Under the pieces are notes generated by a model that did no database searches, was not told the DNA's origin, and worked only from the letters and a program-made list of their open reading frames with translations. From Myxococcota bacterium (GTDB lineage: Bacteria; Myxococcota_A; Polyangia; Nannocystales; Nannocystaceae), in NCBI GenBank assembly GCA_039028615.1, contig JBCCHT010000001.1:123890-155889 (forward strand): DNA of 32,000 bases. The letters are read 5' to 3'. A program made the position numbers and the translations under genes. Shown here piece after piece: positions 8,553-16,800 of this stretch. How positions within the stretch are numbered: position 1 is the first letter of the stretch; each line of letters begins with the position of its first letter.

Positions 8553-9404
8553 ATGAACATCAGGAAACTTCATCTCGCTTCGACGATCACCGCCCTCACC
8601 CTCGGCCTCGGCGCGCTGGCCTGTGATCCCGAAGGCTCCCCCGACGACTCCGACGCACGCGACGGGCTGCTCTTCGGCCTGCACGACAGCGACGTCGTCG
8701 CGCTGCACGATCGCTACCTGCCCGACGAAGACCTCGGCCTGACCTTCGACCGACTCACCGCGCCCTTCGACTGCTCGCTCTACGGGGACCTGTGTGCGCA
8801 GGTCGGCGAGGACCAGGCCATCGAGATCACCGAGGAGCTGGTCGAGCTGGGCCTCGACGGCGCCTCGCCCGAGCAGATCGATGCGTTCCTCGATCAGCGT
8901 ACCGACGAGGCGATGGACCTCCGAGCCGAGAGCGAAGAGCTCTCCGACGACTTCACGTTTCGCAGCTCCACCGGGTGGTTCAGCCGCACCGTGGGCAACG
9001 TTCGCATGCTGACCCGCAACGGCATCACCACACCGGTCATCGGCTCACGACAGGCGTGGACGGAGGCCAAGACCCAGCGACGCAATGGGCTCGGCACCTG
9101 GTTCAACCGCAAGGCGACCGAGATCTGCGTGAACGCGGGCACCAACACCCAGGTGCAGACCGTGTGTGGCGGGGGGATTCCGTGCGCCGACACGACCCTG
9201 GAGTCCTTCAACCCCTCCAATACCTGCGTGGCCAACAAGGTCTCCCACAAGAGCACGACCTTCCATGCCCGCAACAACGGCGCGGAGCCGGGGGGCGGCT
9301 TCTCGCTCACCTACAAGCTGACCGCGCGCGGCTGCTCCGACGCGGAGATCAACGGGGTCAACCTCTCGCTCGCCTGCGCCCCCGCTCACCTTCGCTTCTA
9401 TTAG
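8553..9404 (+). CDS. hypothetical lipoprotein, Cys-rich C-terminal domain
   Basis: ATG 8553 gives the signal/lipobox MNIRKLHLASTITALTLGLGALAC. The mature protein has an acidic helical N-half and a C-half with 8 Cys (FDCSLYGDLC, EICVN, TVCGGGIPC, NTCV, RGCS, LAC). No family recognised. Confidence 0.7.
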   Translation: MNIRKLHLASTITALTLGLGALACDPEGSPDDSDARDGLLFGLHDSDVVALHDRYLPDEDLGLTFDRLTAPFDCSLYGDLCAQVGEDQAIEITEELVELGLDGASPEQIDAFLDQRTDEAMDLRAESEELSDDFTFRSSTGWFSRTVGNVRMLTRNGITTPVIGSRQAWTEAKTQRRNGLGTWFNRKATEICVNAGTNTQVQTVCGGGIPCADTTLESFNPSNTCVANKVSHKSTTFHARNNGAEPGGGFSLTYKLTARGCSDAEINGVNLSLACAPAHLRFY

Positions 9405-9427
9405 CGGGCGCGGCCGCTGCCACCCAC

Positions 9428-9459
9428 GAGCCCCGCCCGGCACTCGCTCGGCGGGGCTC
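9428..9459 (+). terminator. GC-rich stem-loop, probable intrinsic terminator after the lipoprotein gene
   Basis: GAGCCCCGCC (9428-9437) pairs perfectly with GGCGGGGCTC (9450-9459) across a 12-nt loop. It is followed by CGGCGTTTCG and starts 24 nt after the stop at 9404. Confidence 0.5.
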
Positions 9460-9472
9460 CGGCGTTTCGAAG

Positions 9473-10324
9473 ATGGCCAAGCGCCGCGGCTTGATGCACG
9501 CTGTGAGCCCTGCGATGAAGCGCTCCGCCTCCGACTCCATCCCCTGCATCGGCATCTCCCACAACTTCCTGCACGCCGATCCCCAGCGTGCCCTGTTCAA
9601 GGGCATGACCCTGCAGTTTCTCGAGGAGCGCATGGCGCTGGCCGTGGGGCGCACGGGCGCGATTCCGCTGGGTCTACCCGATCTCAAGCACGCCGCAGGC
9701 GCCGACGCGGTGCTGTCACGCGTCGATGGATTGCTGCTCGCCGGGGGGGCCGACCTCAGCCCGCGAAGCTACGGCGAGGAACCGCTGAAGCCCAACTGGT
9801 CGGGGGATCCCGTGCGCGACGAGTACGAAATTCGCCTGGTCGAGCGGGCGCGACGCCGTGGCATCCCCGTGCTGGGCGTATGCCGCGGCATTCAGCTGCT
9901 CAACGTGGCCCTCGGCGGACGGCTCTACCAAGACATCACGACTCAGCGTGAAGGTTCGCTCGTTCATCGCGATTGGCACCAGTACGACGCGCTCGGGCAC
10001 GACATCCGAATGGAGCCCGAGAGCTGGATCTCACGGGTGTACGAGGGGGCCACCGATGTGGCCGTCAATAGCGTCCACCACCAGGCCATCCGCGAGCTGG
10101 CGTCTCCGTTGCGCGCCACGGCGTGGGCCCCCGACGGAATCATCGAGGCCGTGCAAATGAGCGACATGTCGGAGTGGCTGGCGGGAGTGCAGTGGCACCC
10201 CGAGTGGCTCGAGCCCGAGGAGGGCGAGCAGGACATCCGCACCGCATCGGGCGGCCGCGCCAGCGGCGATGCAATCTTCGCCGCCTTCGCGGAAGAGTGC
10301 CGCGAGCGCATGGGCCAGGTATAA
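9473..10324 (+). CDS. class I glutamine amidotransferase / gamma-glutamyl-gamma-aminobutyrate hydrolase-like (peptidase C26)
   Basis: Nucleophile elbow PVLGVCRGIQLLNVALGG, NSVHHQAI, and the His/Glu context GVQWHPEW. The upstream part of the 8792 ORF is a shadow of the previous gene. ATG 9473 is the first start after the terminator. Confidence 0.9.
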   Translation: MAKRRGLMHAVSPAMKRSASDSIPCIGISHNFLHADPQRALFKGMTLQFLEERMALAVGRTGAIPLGLPDLKHAAGADAVLSRVDGLLLAGGADLSPRSYGEEPLKPNWSGDPVRDEYEIRLVERARRRGIPVLGVCRGIQLLNVALGGRLYQDITTQREGSLVHRDWHQYDALGHDIRMEPESWISRVYEGATDVAVNSVHHQAIRELASPLRATAWAPDGIIEAVQMSDMSEWLAGVQWHPEWLEPEEGEQDIRTASGGRASGDAIFAAFAEECRERMGQV

Positions 10325-10331
10325 CTGCCGG

Positions 10332-11537
10332 GTGTTGGATTATTCCTCGAGGCTGAGCTGCGCCGCGCTCGCGGGCGGGCTCGTCCTGGCGTGCAACGGC
10401 AACGATCCCGCGACGAGCGACGGCGCCAATACCCTCGGCTCACTCGACGGCACCACCACCAGCGTCGATCCGAGCACCAGCGTCGCGACCACCGAGCAGG
10501 GCACGGCCGACGGCGAGGGCACCAGCGACACCACGGCCGGCACGACCGACCCCGTCGCCGACGACACCAGCTCGGACGAGACCACGCGGGGGCCCATTAC
10601 CTGCGATCCGGTCCCCCTGTGCTTCGACGTCCCGCCCCCTTCGGCCGGCCCCACGCTCGACTGGGAGAACTTCGAGTCGAACCTGATCGAGGCCTCGGGC
10701 TCCCCGCGGCACCGCGGCCGCGACATGTTCTACAACCCCGACGACGACCACTGGGTCATGGCCAAGTTCGCCTACGGGGCCACCGACTGGGACCTCGAGG
10801 GCGAGCGCGTCGACATGTTCTTGCTGCGCAACTGCGAGGGCGACTGGGAATCGCTGGGCTCGGTGTTCACCACCTTCGAGGACAACCATCCCACCATCGA
10901 AGGCGTCGAGGACACGGGCGGGCGGCTGTACTTCCAGACGCCCACGCCCCTTCCGCTGGGGCGCCACCGCATCCACATGGTCGTGCGCGGCGACGATAGC
11001 CGAGCCGATACCTATATCGAGGTCGTCGAGCCCGGCACGCCGATGTTCCTGTCGGACATCGACGGCACCCTCACCACCGCGGAGTGGGAGCGCCTGATCG
11101 ACTTCCTGCTCGACAGCATCCCCGACGTGAACCCGGGCGCGCCCGAGGCCCTGCAGATGCTGGCCGACCTCGGCTACCGGCCGATGTACCTCACCGCACG
11201 CCCCGAGTTCTTGGGCAACCGCACCTACGACTTCATCGAGATGCGGGGCCTGCCCCCCGGCATCATCCACACCACGCTGTCCGCCACCGGGGCCATGGGC
11301 TCTGCCGCCGTCGACTACAAGACGGCCGAGTTCGAGGTCCTCGCCAGCCGAGGGCTCGTCCCCGCGTACGTCTTCGGCAACACCGACTCCGACGCCGAGG
11401 CCTACGACAACGCCGGGATCATGCCGCTGCCCAACCGCGTGTTCTTCCAGTACGAAGACGAGTTCGGCGGGCGCACCATCGACAGCTACACCGAGCTGTG
11501 GGACGAGTTCTCGGGCCTCGACCCCGTCTGCGAGTGA
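10332..11537 (+). CDS. HAD-superfamily phosphatase lipoprotein, LNS2/lipin-like DxDGT type
   Basis: GTG 10332 (or TTG 10335) gives the signal/lipobox LSCAALAGGLVLAC, followed by a Thr/Ser/Asp-rich linker. HAD motifs: I LSDIDGTLTT, II MYLTARP, III DYKTAEF, IV VFGNTDSDAEAYD. Confidence 0.8.
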   Translation: MLDYSSRLSCAALAGGLVLACNGNDPATSDGANTLGSLDGTTTSVDPSTSVATTEQGTADGEGTSDTTAGTTDPVADDTSSDETTRGPITCDPVPLCFDVPPPSAGPTLDWENFESNLIEASGSPRHRGRDMFYNPDDDHWVMAKFAYGATDWDLEGERVDMFLLRNCEGDWESLGSVFTTFEDNHPTIEGVEDTGGRLYFQTPTPLPLGRHRIHMVVRGDDSRADTYIEVVEPGTPMFLSDIDGTLTTAEWERLIDFLLDSIPDVNPGAPEALQMLADLGYRPMYLTARPEFLGNRTYDFIEMRGLPPGIIHTTLSATGAMGSAAVDYKTAEFEVLASRGLVPAYVFGNTDSDAEAYDNAGIMPLPNRVFFQYEDEFGGRTIDSYTELWDEFSGLDPVCE

Positions 11538-11541
11538 ACGC

Positions 11542-12288
11542 TCAGTCGTACTCGTTCGGCAGCCGCACCACCACCGACTCCGGGCGCGACGCCGGGTCGA
11601 ACGCGATCGACAGCAGCTTGTCCGCGACGAACTTCGGCGTGTTGTAGGCCTCGCGCCGCTTGAGATCGCGAAACTTCTCGATCGCGGGGAACTGCGATGC
11701 GTCGAGTGATCGGATGGTGCTCTGCATCGCGGTATCGATCACCCCGGGCGCCACCGAGTACGCCCGCAGGCCGTGCTCCGCCTCCTCGAGCTGCACGCAC
11801 TCGGTGAGCCGATCGACCGCGGCCTTGCCCGCGCAGTAGGCCGTCCAGGCCGCGTAGCCCTTGAGCGCCGCCCCGGACGAGATGTTGACGAGCACACCCG
11901 AGCGCTCGGCGTCCCGCAGGTGTCGGACGAACGCCTTGCTCCCCGACAGCACCCCGCCGACGTTGATGGCCAGGTGCTCCATCAGTGCCGCCGAGCTCAG
12001 ATCCCGCGCGAACGCGACCGGCTCGAGCACCCCTGCGTTGTTGACCCACAGATCGACAGGCCCCAGCTGCTCCGCCACCTGCTCGGCAAAGTTCTGCACT
12101 GCGGCCTCGTCTCGGACATCGAGCTGCGCCGCATGGACCCCGGGCCGGCCCGCCAGGGGACAGGCTCCGCGGGCACACAGCCCCACGGAGAGCCCCTGCT
12201 CCAACAATCGCTCGGCAATGCCGGCCCCCAGGCCTCGGCTCGCTCCGGTGATCACGGCAACCCGACCTCGATACGCGGATTCGTTCAT
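11542..12288 (-). CDS. short-chain dehydrogenase/reductase (SDR)
   Basis: ATG 12288. Motifs: Rossmann VAVITGASRGLGAGIA, NNAG, and catalytic S...YCAGKAA (YxxxK). The ORF upstream of 12288 is Arg-rich shadow sequence. Confidence 0.9.
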   Translation of the reverse strand: MNESAYRGRVAVITGASRGLGAGIAERLLEQGLSVGLCARGACPLAGRPGVHAAQLDVRDEAAVQNFAEQVAEQLGPVDLWVNNAGVLEPVAFARDLSSAALMEHLAINVGGVLSGSKAFVRHLRDAERSGVLVNISSGAALKGYAAWTAYCAGKAAVDRLTECVQLEEAEHGLRAYSVAPGVIDTAMQSTIRSLDASQFPAIEKFRDLKRREAYNTPKFVADKLLSIAFDPASRPESVVVRLPNEYD

Positions 12289-12355
12289 CGCGAGCAGGAG
12301 TGTAGGCGATTGCGGTGCTGGTCCGCCCCGCCCTCGCGACGTATGCTGCCCGCCC

Positions 12356-13150
12356 GTGGAGGTCCAGCTCGCCCTGCTGGGGGCCGTCCCCGCGCTCATC
12401 GCCATGGCGATCGTCGATCGCCTGGACGCCAAGCGCCCGGAGCCGCGCGCCACCCTGCGCCGGGTCGCGCTGCTCGGAGCGTTCTCTGCCCTCCCCGTCA
12501 TCCTCGTCAGCGAGGTTCTCAAGCTCGTCGGTCCGACCAGCGGCTACGTCTCCGTGCTGTACACCTCGCTCGTCATCGCGGCCCTGCCCGAGGAAGCCGC
12601 CAAGGTCGGCAGCATGTACCTCATGGCCTGGCGCCGCCCCGAGTTCGACGAGCGCATGGACGGCATCGTCTACGGTGCGCGCGCGGGCCTCGGCTTCGCG
12701 CTGGTCGAGAACGTCGCCTACCTCCTGCTGCTGCCCCACGGCATCGGGGAGTACCTCGCCATGTTCCTCGGCCGAGCCGTCCTCGCCGTCCCCGGCCACG
12801 CCATCTGGGGAGGCGTCGCCGGGTACTTCGCCGCCCGCCGCCGCTTCGACGGTCGCGGCCCCGGCTGGTGGGGCGGCCTACTCATCGCCGTGCTCATGCA
12901 CGGCCTCTACGACATCTGGATCTTCGGCGCCCCCTTTGCCATCCGCGATGGCCAGACCTGGCTGCAGACCGAGCTGTTCGGCGTCCCCGTGGGCTTTTAC
13001 TGCGGCCCCGTCGTCATGATCATGGCCGGCGCCCTGTTCCTACGCGCGCTGGCCCGCAAAGCCGTCGCCGACGACGACGCCGACCATGCCCTGATGCGCA
13101 CTTGGTCGCCGCCCGAGCGCTACGACCCCAATCACCCCCGCGGGTACTGA
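12356..13150 (+). CDS. PrsW-family intramembrane metalloprotease
   Basis: GTG 12356. Multi-pass membrane protein with PrsW signatures: ALPEEAAKVG (EExxK), GLGFALVENVAY (FAxxEN), VPGHAIWGG and LMHGLYD. Confidence 0.85.
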   Translation: MEVQLALLGAVPALIAMAIVDRLDAKRPEPRATLRRVALLGAFSALPVILVSEVLKLVGPTSGYVSVLYTSLVIAALPEEAAKVGSMYLMAWRRPEFDERMDGIVYGARAGLGFALVENVAYLLLLPHGIGEYLAMFLGRAVLAVPGHAIWGGVAGYFAARRRFDGRGPGWWGGLLIAVLMHGLYDIWIFGAPFAIRDGQTWLQTELFGVPVGFYCGPVVMIMAGALFLRALARKAVADDDADHALMRTWSPPERYDPNHPRGY

Positions 13151-13154
13151 GGCC

Positions 13155-13811
13155 TCAGCTCGGGCGGTCGCCTTCGACGAGGCGGTCGCGGAGGGACTGG
13201 GCCCAGTTCTCGATGTCGCCAGCCGTGGTCTCGCGGAGGGCGGCGGGGAACTCTTCGGCCTTCAGGATCCACTCGCGCACCATCTTGCGGGCGCGGCTGA
13301 GGCGGCTCTTGACGGTACCGGGGGGTACGCCGATGACGACGGCGATGTCGTCGATGCGCATCTCTTCCCAGTAGTGCAGCTCGACGGCGATCTGGAGGTC
13401 GATGGGGATGTGCCGAAGCGCGGTGAGGACCAGCTTCTGCTCGTCCTTGCCCGCGACGGCGAGGGAGGGCGAGCCCATGACGTCGGCGATGGAGGTCTCG
13501 AGCTGATCGACCTTCTTGCCCTTGCGCGCATACTTGCGCAGGTGCATGAGCAGCTGGGTCCGCGCGATGGCCAGCAGGTAGGTCTTGAAGCTCGAGTCGC
13601 CGCGAAAGCGGTGGGCGCTCTCGGAGCAGGCGAGCATGGTCTGCTGCACCAGGTCCTCGGCGCCGTGGCTCACCTTGCTGCGAAAGAACCGAAAGAGCGT
13701 CCGAAAATGACGGCGGAGTAGGCGGGAGCCGGCGGTGTTGTCCCCCGCCCGCCACGCCTCCAGAAGCTCGAGATCTTCGTCCTTGGCCACGGTTGTACGG
13801 CACCGTAGCAA
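13155..13811 (-). CDS. ECF-family sigma factor, kinase-linked type with a C-terminal tail (sigma A)
   Basis: Region 2 AEDLVQQTMLACSESAHRFRGDSSFKTYLLAIAR. Region 4 AVELHYWEEMRIDDIAVVIGVPPGTVKSRLSRARKMV. A further ~36 aa tail follows. Start is TTG 13811 or GTG 13790. It lies 36 nt downstream of the kinase gene on the same strand. Confidence 0.9.
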   Translation of the reverse strand: MLRCRTTVAKDEDLELLEAWRAGDNTAGSRLLRRHFRTLFRFFRSKVSHGAEDLVQQTMLACSESAHRFRGDSSFKTYLLAIARTQLLMHLRKYARKGKKVDQLETSIADVMGSPSLAVAGKDEQKLVLTALRHIPIDLQIAVELHYWEEMRIDDIAVVIGVPPGTVKSRLSRARKMVREWILKAEEFPAALRETTAGDIENWAQSLRDRLVEGDRPS

Positions 13812-13847
13812 GGGACGGCCGCGCGCCGCAAAGGCGCGGTGACGCCC

Positions 13848-16800
13848 TCAGCCCGGCCCGGGGCGGTGATCGAGGCACAGCAGGCTGCGATCATGGCCGG
13901 CGACGAAGACCTCGAGCTGGCCGTCACCGTCGACATCGGCCACCGCGGGCGAGGCTTCGACCTCCTCGCGCCCGGTGCTGAAGCGCCACACCAGCGCTCC
14001 GGTGCGAGCGTCGACCACATGCACCGAGCCATCGTCGAAGCCGGCGAGAAACTCGAGCCCGCCGTCCCCCTCGAGGTCGGCGAGCACGGGCGAACCCGAG
14101 GCGCCCGGCTGGAGCCCGTCGCCGTCGGCGAACCGGTACTGCCACCGCAGGCGACCGTCGCCCGAAAGCCCGACCAGCCCGTTGTGGCCCGTGCTCGCGA
14201 ACACCTCGGGCACCCCGTCGCCGTCCACGTCGGCGGCGAGAGGCCGGGCCCGACGCGACGCCATCCCCGGCCAGCGCGCGACTTCGTGGCCATCGACTCC
14301 GGACAGCACCACCAAGGGGTGATCGTCCTGGTGGGGGGAGACCAGGATCTCGAGGTGCCCGTCGCCATCGAGATCGGCGGAGGTCGGCTCGAAATTGAGC
14401 CGGCCCCCGGTCTGCGTCTCCCAGCGCCGGACCCCGTCGTGGGTGAGCGCCACGACGTGACCGTCGAGCAACGCCACGACGATCTCGTTGGCGCCGTCTC
14501 CATCGAGGTCACGCACATGGGCCGCGCCGAACGAGCCGAAGCGTCCGAGTTCATGGGTCCACCGCAGCTCGAGTGACTCCGCATCGAGCACGTGCACCAT
14601 CCCCGGGTCCTCCCAGGTGACCATGATGACCTCGTGGTGTCCGTCCCCGTCGAGGTCGGCGATGGTCGGGCTCGCATAGGCCGAGGTCGTCCGATACTCG
14701 CCGGTCAAGCTCGCGTCCCGACCGTGGAAGCGGGAGAGCCCGCGACCGACGACATAGAGCTGAGGACCGTCGGAGCCGGACAGCATCACGGGTGGCCGGA
14801 TCACGTTGGGCGTGTCGTCGGCCAGGCTCTCCGCCTCCACCGATCCGGTACGGGCATCGAGTAGCTCGATCCGGGTGCGGTCCCCTAGCGGCCCGACCAC
14901 AGCGACCTCGAGCCGACCGTCTTCGTCGAAGTCCCCCGTCAACGGCGTCGCCCGGATCGAGTCGAGCGGTCGACGCTCCCAGCGAACCTTGGGTCCCACC
15001 ATCACCGCGGGTCCTCGCGCCCGGAGCAGCAAGTCTTCGAAACCGTCGTGGTTGGCGTCTCGGCTCGCTTCAATGGACCTCGCCGGCACCCCGATGGGCA
15101 CGGTGCCCATCGACTTCAAGCTCGGATCGAAGACTCGCACGAGGCCGTCTTCGGTGCCGACCATCAGGTCATCCCGAGCGTCACCATCCCAGTCGGTGAC
15201 CTCCAGCGCCGAGACGACTCGCGAGGGGAGCGTCACCCGAGCGGACTCTCGCCCGGTGGCCGCATCCAGCAACATGAGCGTCTCTTCGCGCCGATGCGCC
15301 ACCGCGGGACGGGCCAGGCTCCCCAACAGCTGCGCATGGGTCCCCACTCTCGCGGGCTCCTTCCACAGCGCCTTGCCGCTGCGCCCGGAGATCAGGTTGA
15401 GCCCCGGCTCGCCTTCGAGCCCCGACACCAGCACATCGACCGTGCCGTCACCGTCGACATCCCCCAGGTCCCGATCTCGCTTGAGCGCGACGTCACTGCC
15501 GATCTTCGCCTGCCACTGCACCTCGCCGGAGCGCCCCGACAACGCGACGAGGCTCGCGCCCTCGCCATCCGTCCTCAGCAACAAGTCCTGCCCCGGTTGG
15601 TCGTCGAGCTCCAGCGCGGCCAGCCGGGAGATGCGACTGTCTCGATTGCGCTGCGTCTGCACGATCCACTCTGGATCGACGCCGCCATCGGGGGTCCGTG
15701 CCGCGACCGCCAGCGGCCGAGTCCACCGCGTCGACCCATCGTCGGTGTCGAAACTCGTGACATGGTCGACCGACACGACCGCCACCGCGGGCGAAGACTC
15801 CGGGTCGGACGTCACGACGAGCACGACGGGGTCTTCAGGCAAGACCTGGGACCAATGGCGCGCGCCCGTTTGGCCATCGAAACGCGCGAGCTGCCGGGGC
15901 GCCAGGCCTCCCACCACCAGATCCTGGCCCCCTTCCGCGTCGACGCACGCCAGCTCGAACGCAAAGGGCCGCTCGACCTCGGCATCGACCGGCACGTCCA
16001 CCGTCCAGCGCGGCTTCGGCCGACGCGAGCTCGTGGTGGAATCGAACGCACGAAACTCGAGCACCTCTTCCCGAGGTTTCGCGGTCACGACATCGGGCAC
16101 ACCGTCGCCCTCGAGATCACAGAGCCGAAAGTAGGGGCTCGGGCCCAGCTCAATCCGCCAGTTTTCTTCATCGGACCACGGGTCGTACGCGGTCAAGACG
16201 GTGAAGCGCCGCTGAAGCAGGTCGTCGAGTCCGTCGCCGTTCACATCGCCCAGCCACCATGAACCCAAAAACGCCCCGGTCGCCGGCCGTGACCACGAAA
16301 GCGCCTTGCGCAGGGCGACGAAGCCCCGCTGGGTCTGCCCCGCCGTCGCGGTCCATTGCAACCGCTGGTCGACATACCCCTCGTGCCGCAGCAACAGCTC
16401 GTGCGGCCCGGTGTCGATCTTCAGTCCTCGTAGGCGTGATCCGTAGTCGGTGCCGTCGATGAACACGTGGCCGCCGCTGGGCTCGAGCTCCAGCTCGAAG
16501 GTGCCTTGCTGGTGATCGAGCTCGACCGCGACCTCGTGCATCCCACCGCGACGCACGTCGACCACCGTCTCCGCCGTGTCGTAGTCGGGCGCGCTCACCC
16601 GAACCCGATGCAGACCCGCCGCGACCTCGCCCTGCGCTCCCGGCAGCGGCTGTTCGTCGATCTCCACCTGCACCCCGGGCACGGGCTGCCCCTGCGCACT
16701 GGCGACCACCCGGACCTGCCCCGGCCGCGTGCCCACGTACCCGGCGTAGGCGATCGCAGCCACGCCCAACCCCACCGCGGCCCGGCTGCTCCAGCGCTTC

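Noticed and set aside
8201-8560. 119 aa minus-strand ORF in the S8/lipoprotein divergent region, with a hydrophobic N-terminus
   Set aside because: It would overlap both flanking gene starts, has no ribosome-binding context and no recognisable domain. It may be real, but the evidence is insufficient.
8792-9472. In-frame N-terminal extension of the amidotransferase ORF (510 aa version)
   Set aside because: The extension overlaps the Cys-rich lipoprotein gene out of frame and reads through its terminator hairpin. The homologous domain only begins after ATG 9473.
10440-10600. Repetitive-looking ACC/AGC/GAC-rich stretch, considered as a tandem repeat
   Set aside because: It is in frame within the HAD lipoprotein gene and encodes a Thr/Ser/Asp/Gly-rich linker after the lipobox. 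It has low complexity but no defined repeat unit.
11486-13374. Long ORFs 11486-12799 (minus) and 11773-13374 (plus) spanning the SDR and PrsW genes
   Set aside because: They cross the divergent SDR/PrsW promoter gap and are Arg/Pro/Gly-rich. The SDR and PrsW frames each carry complete family motifs.
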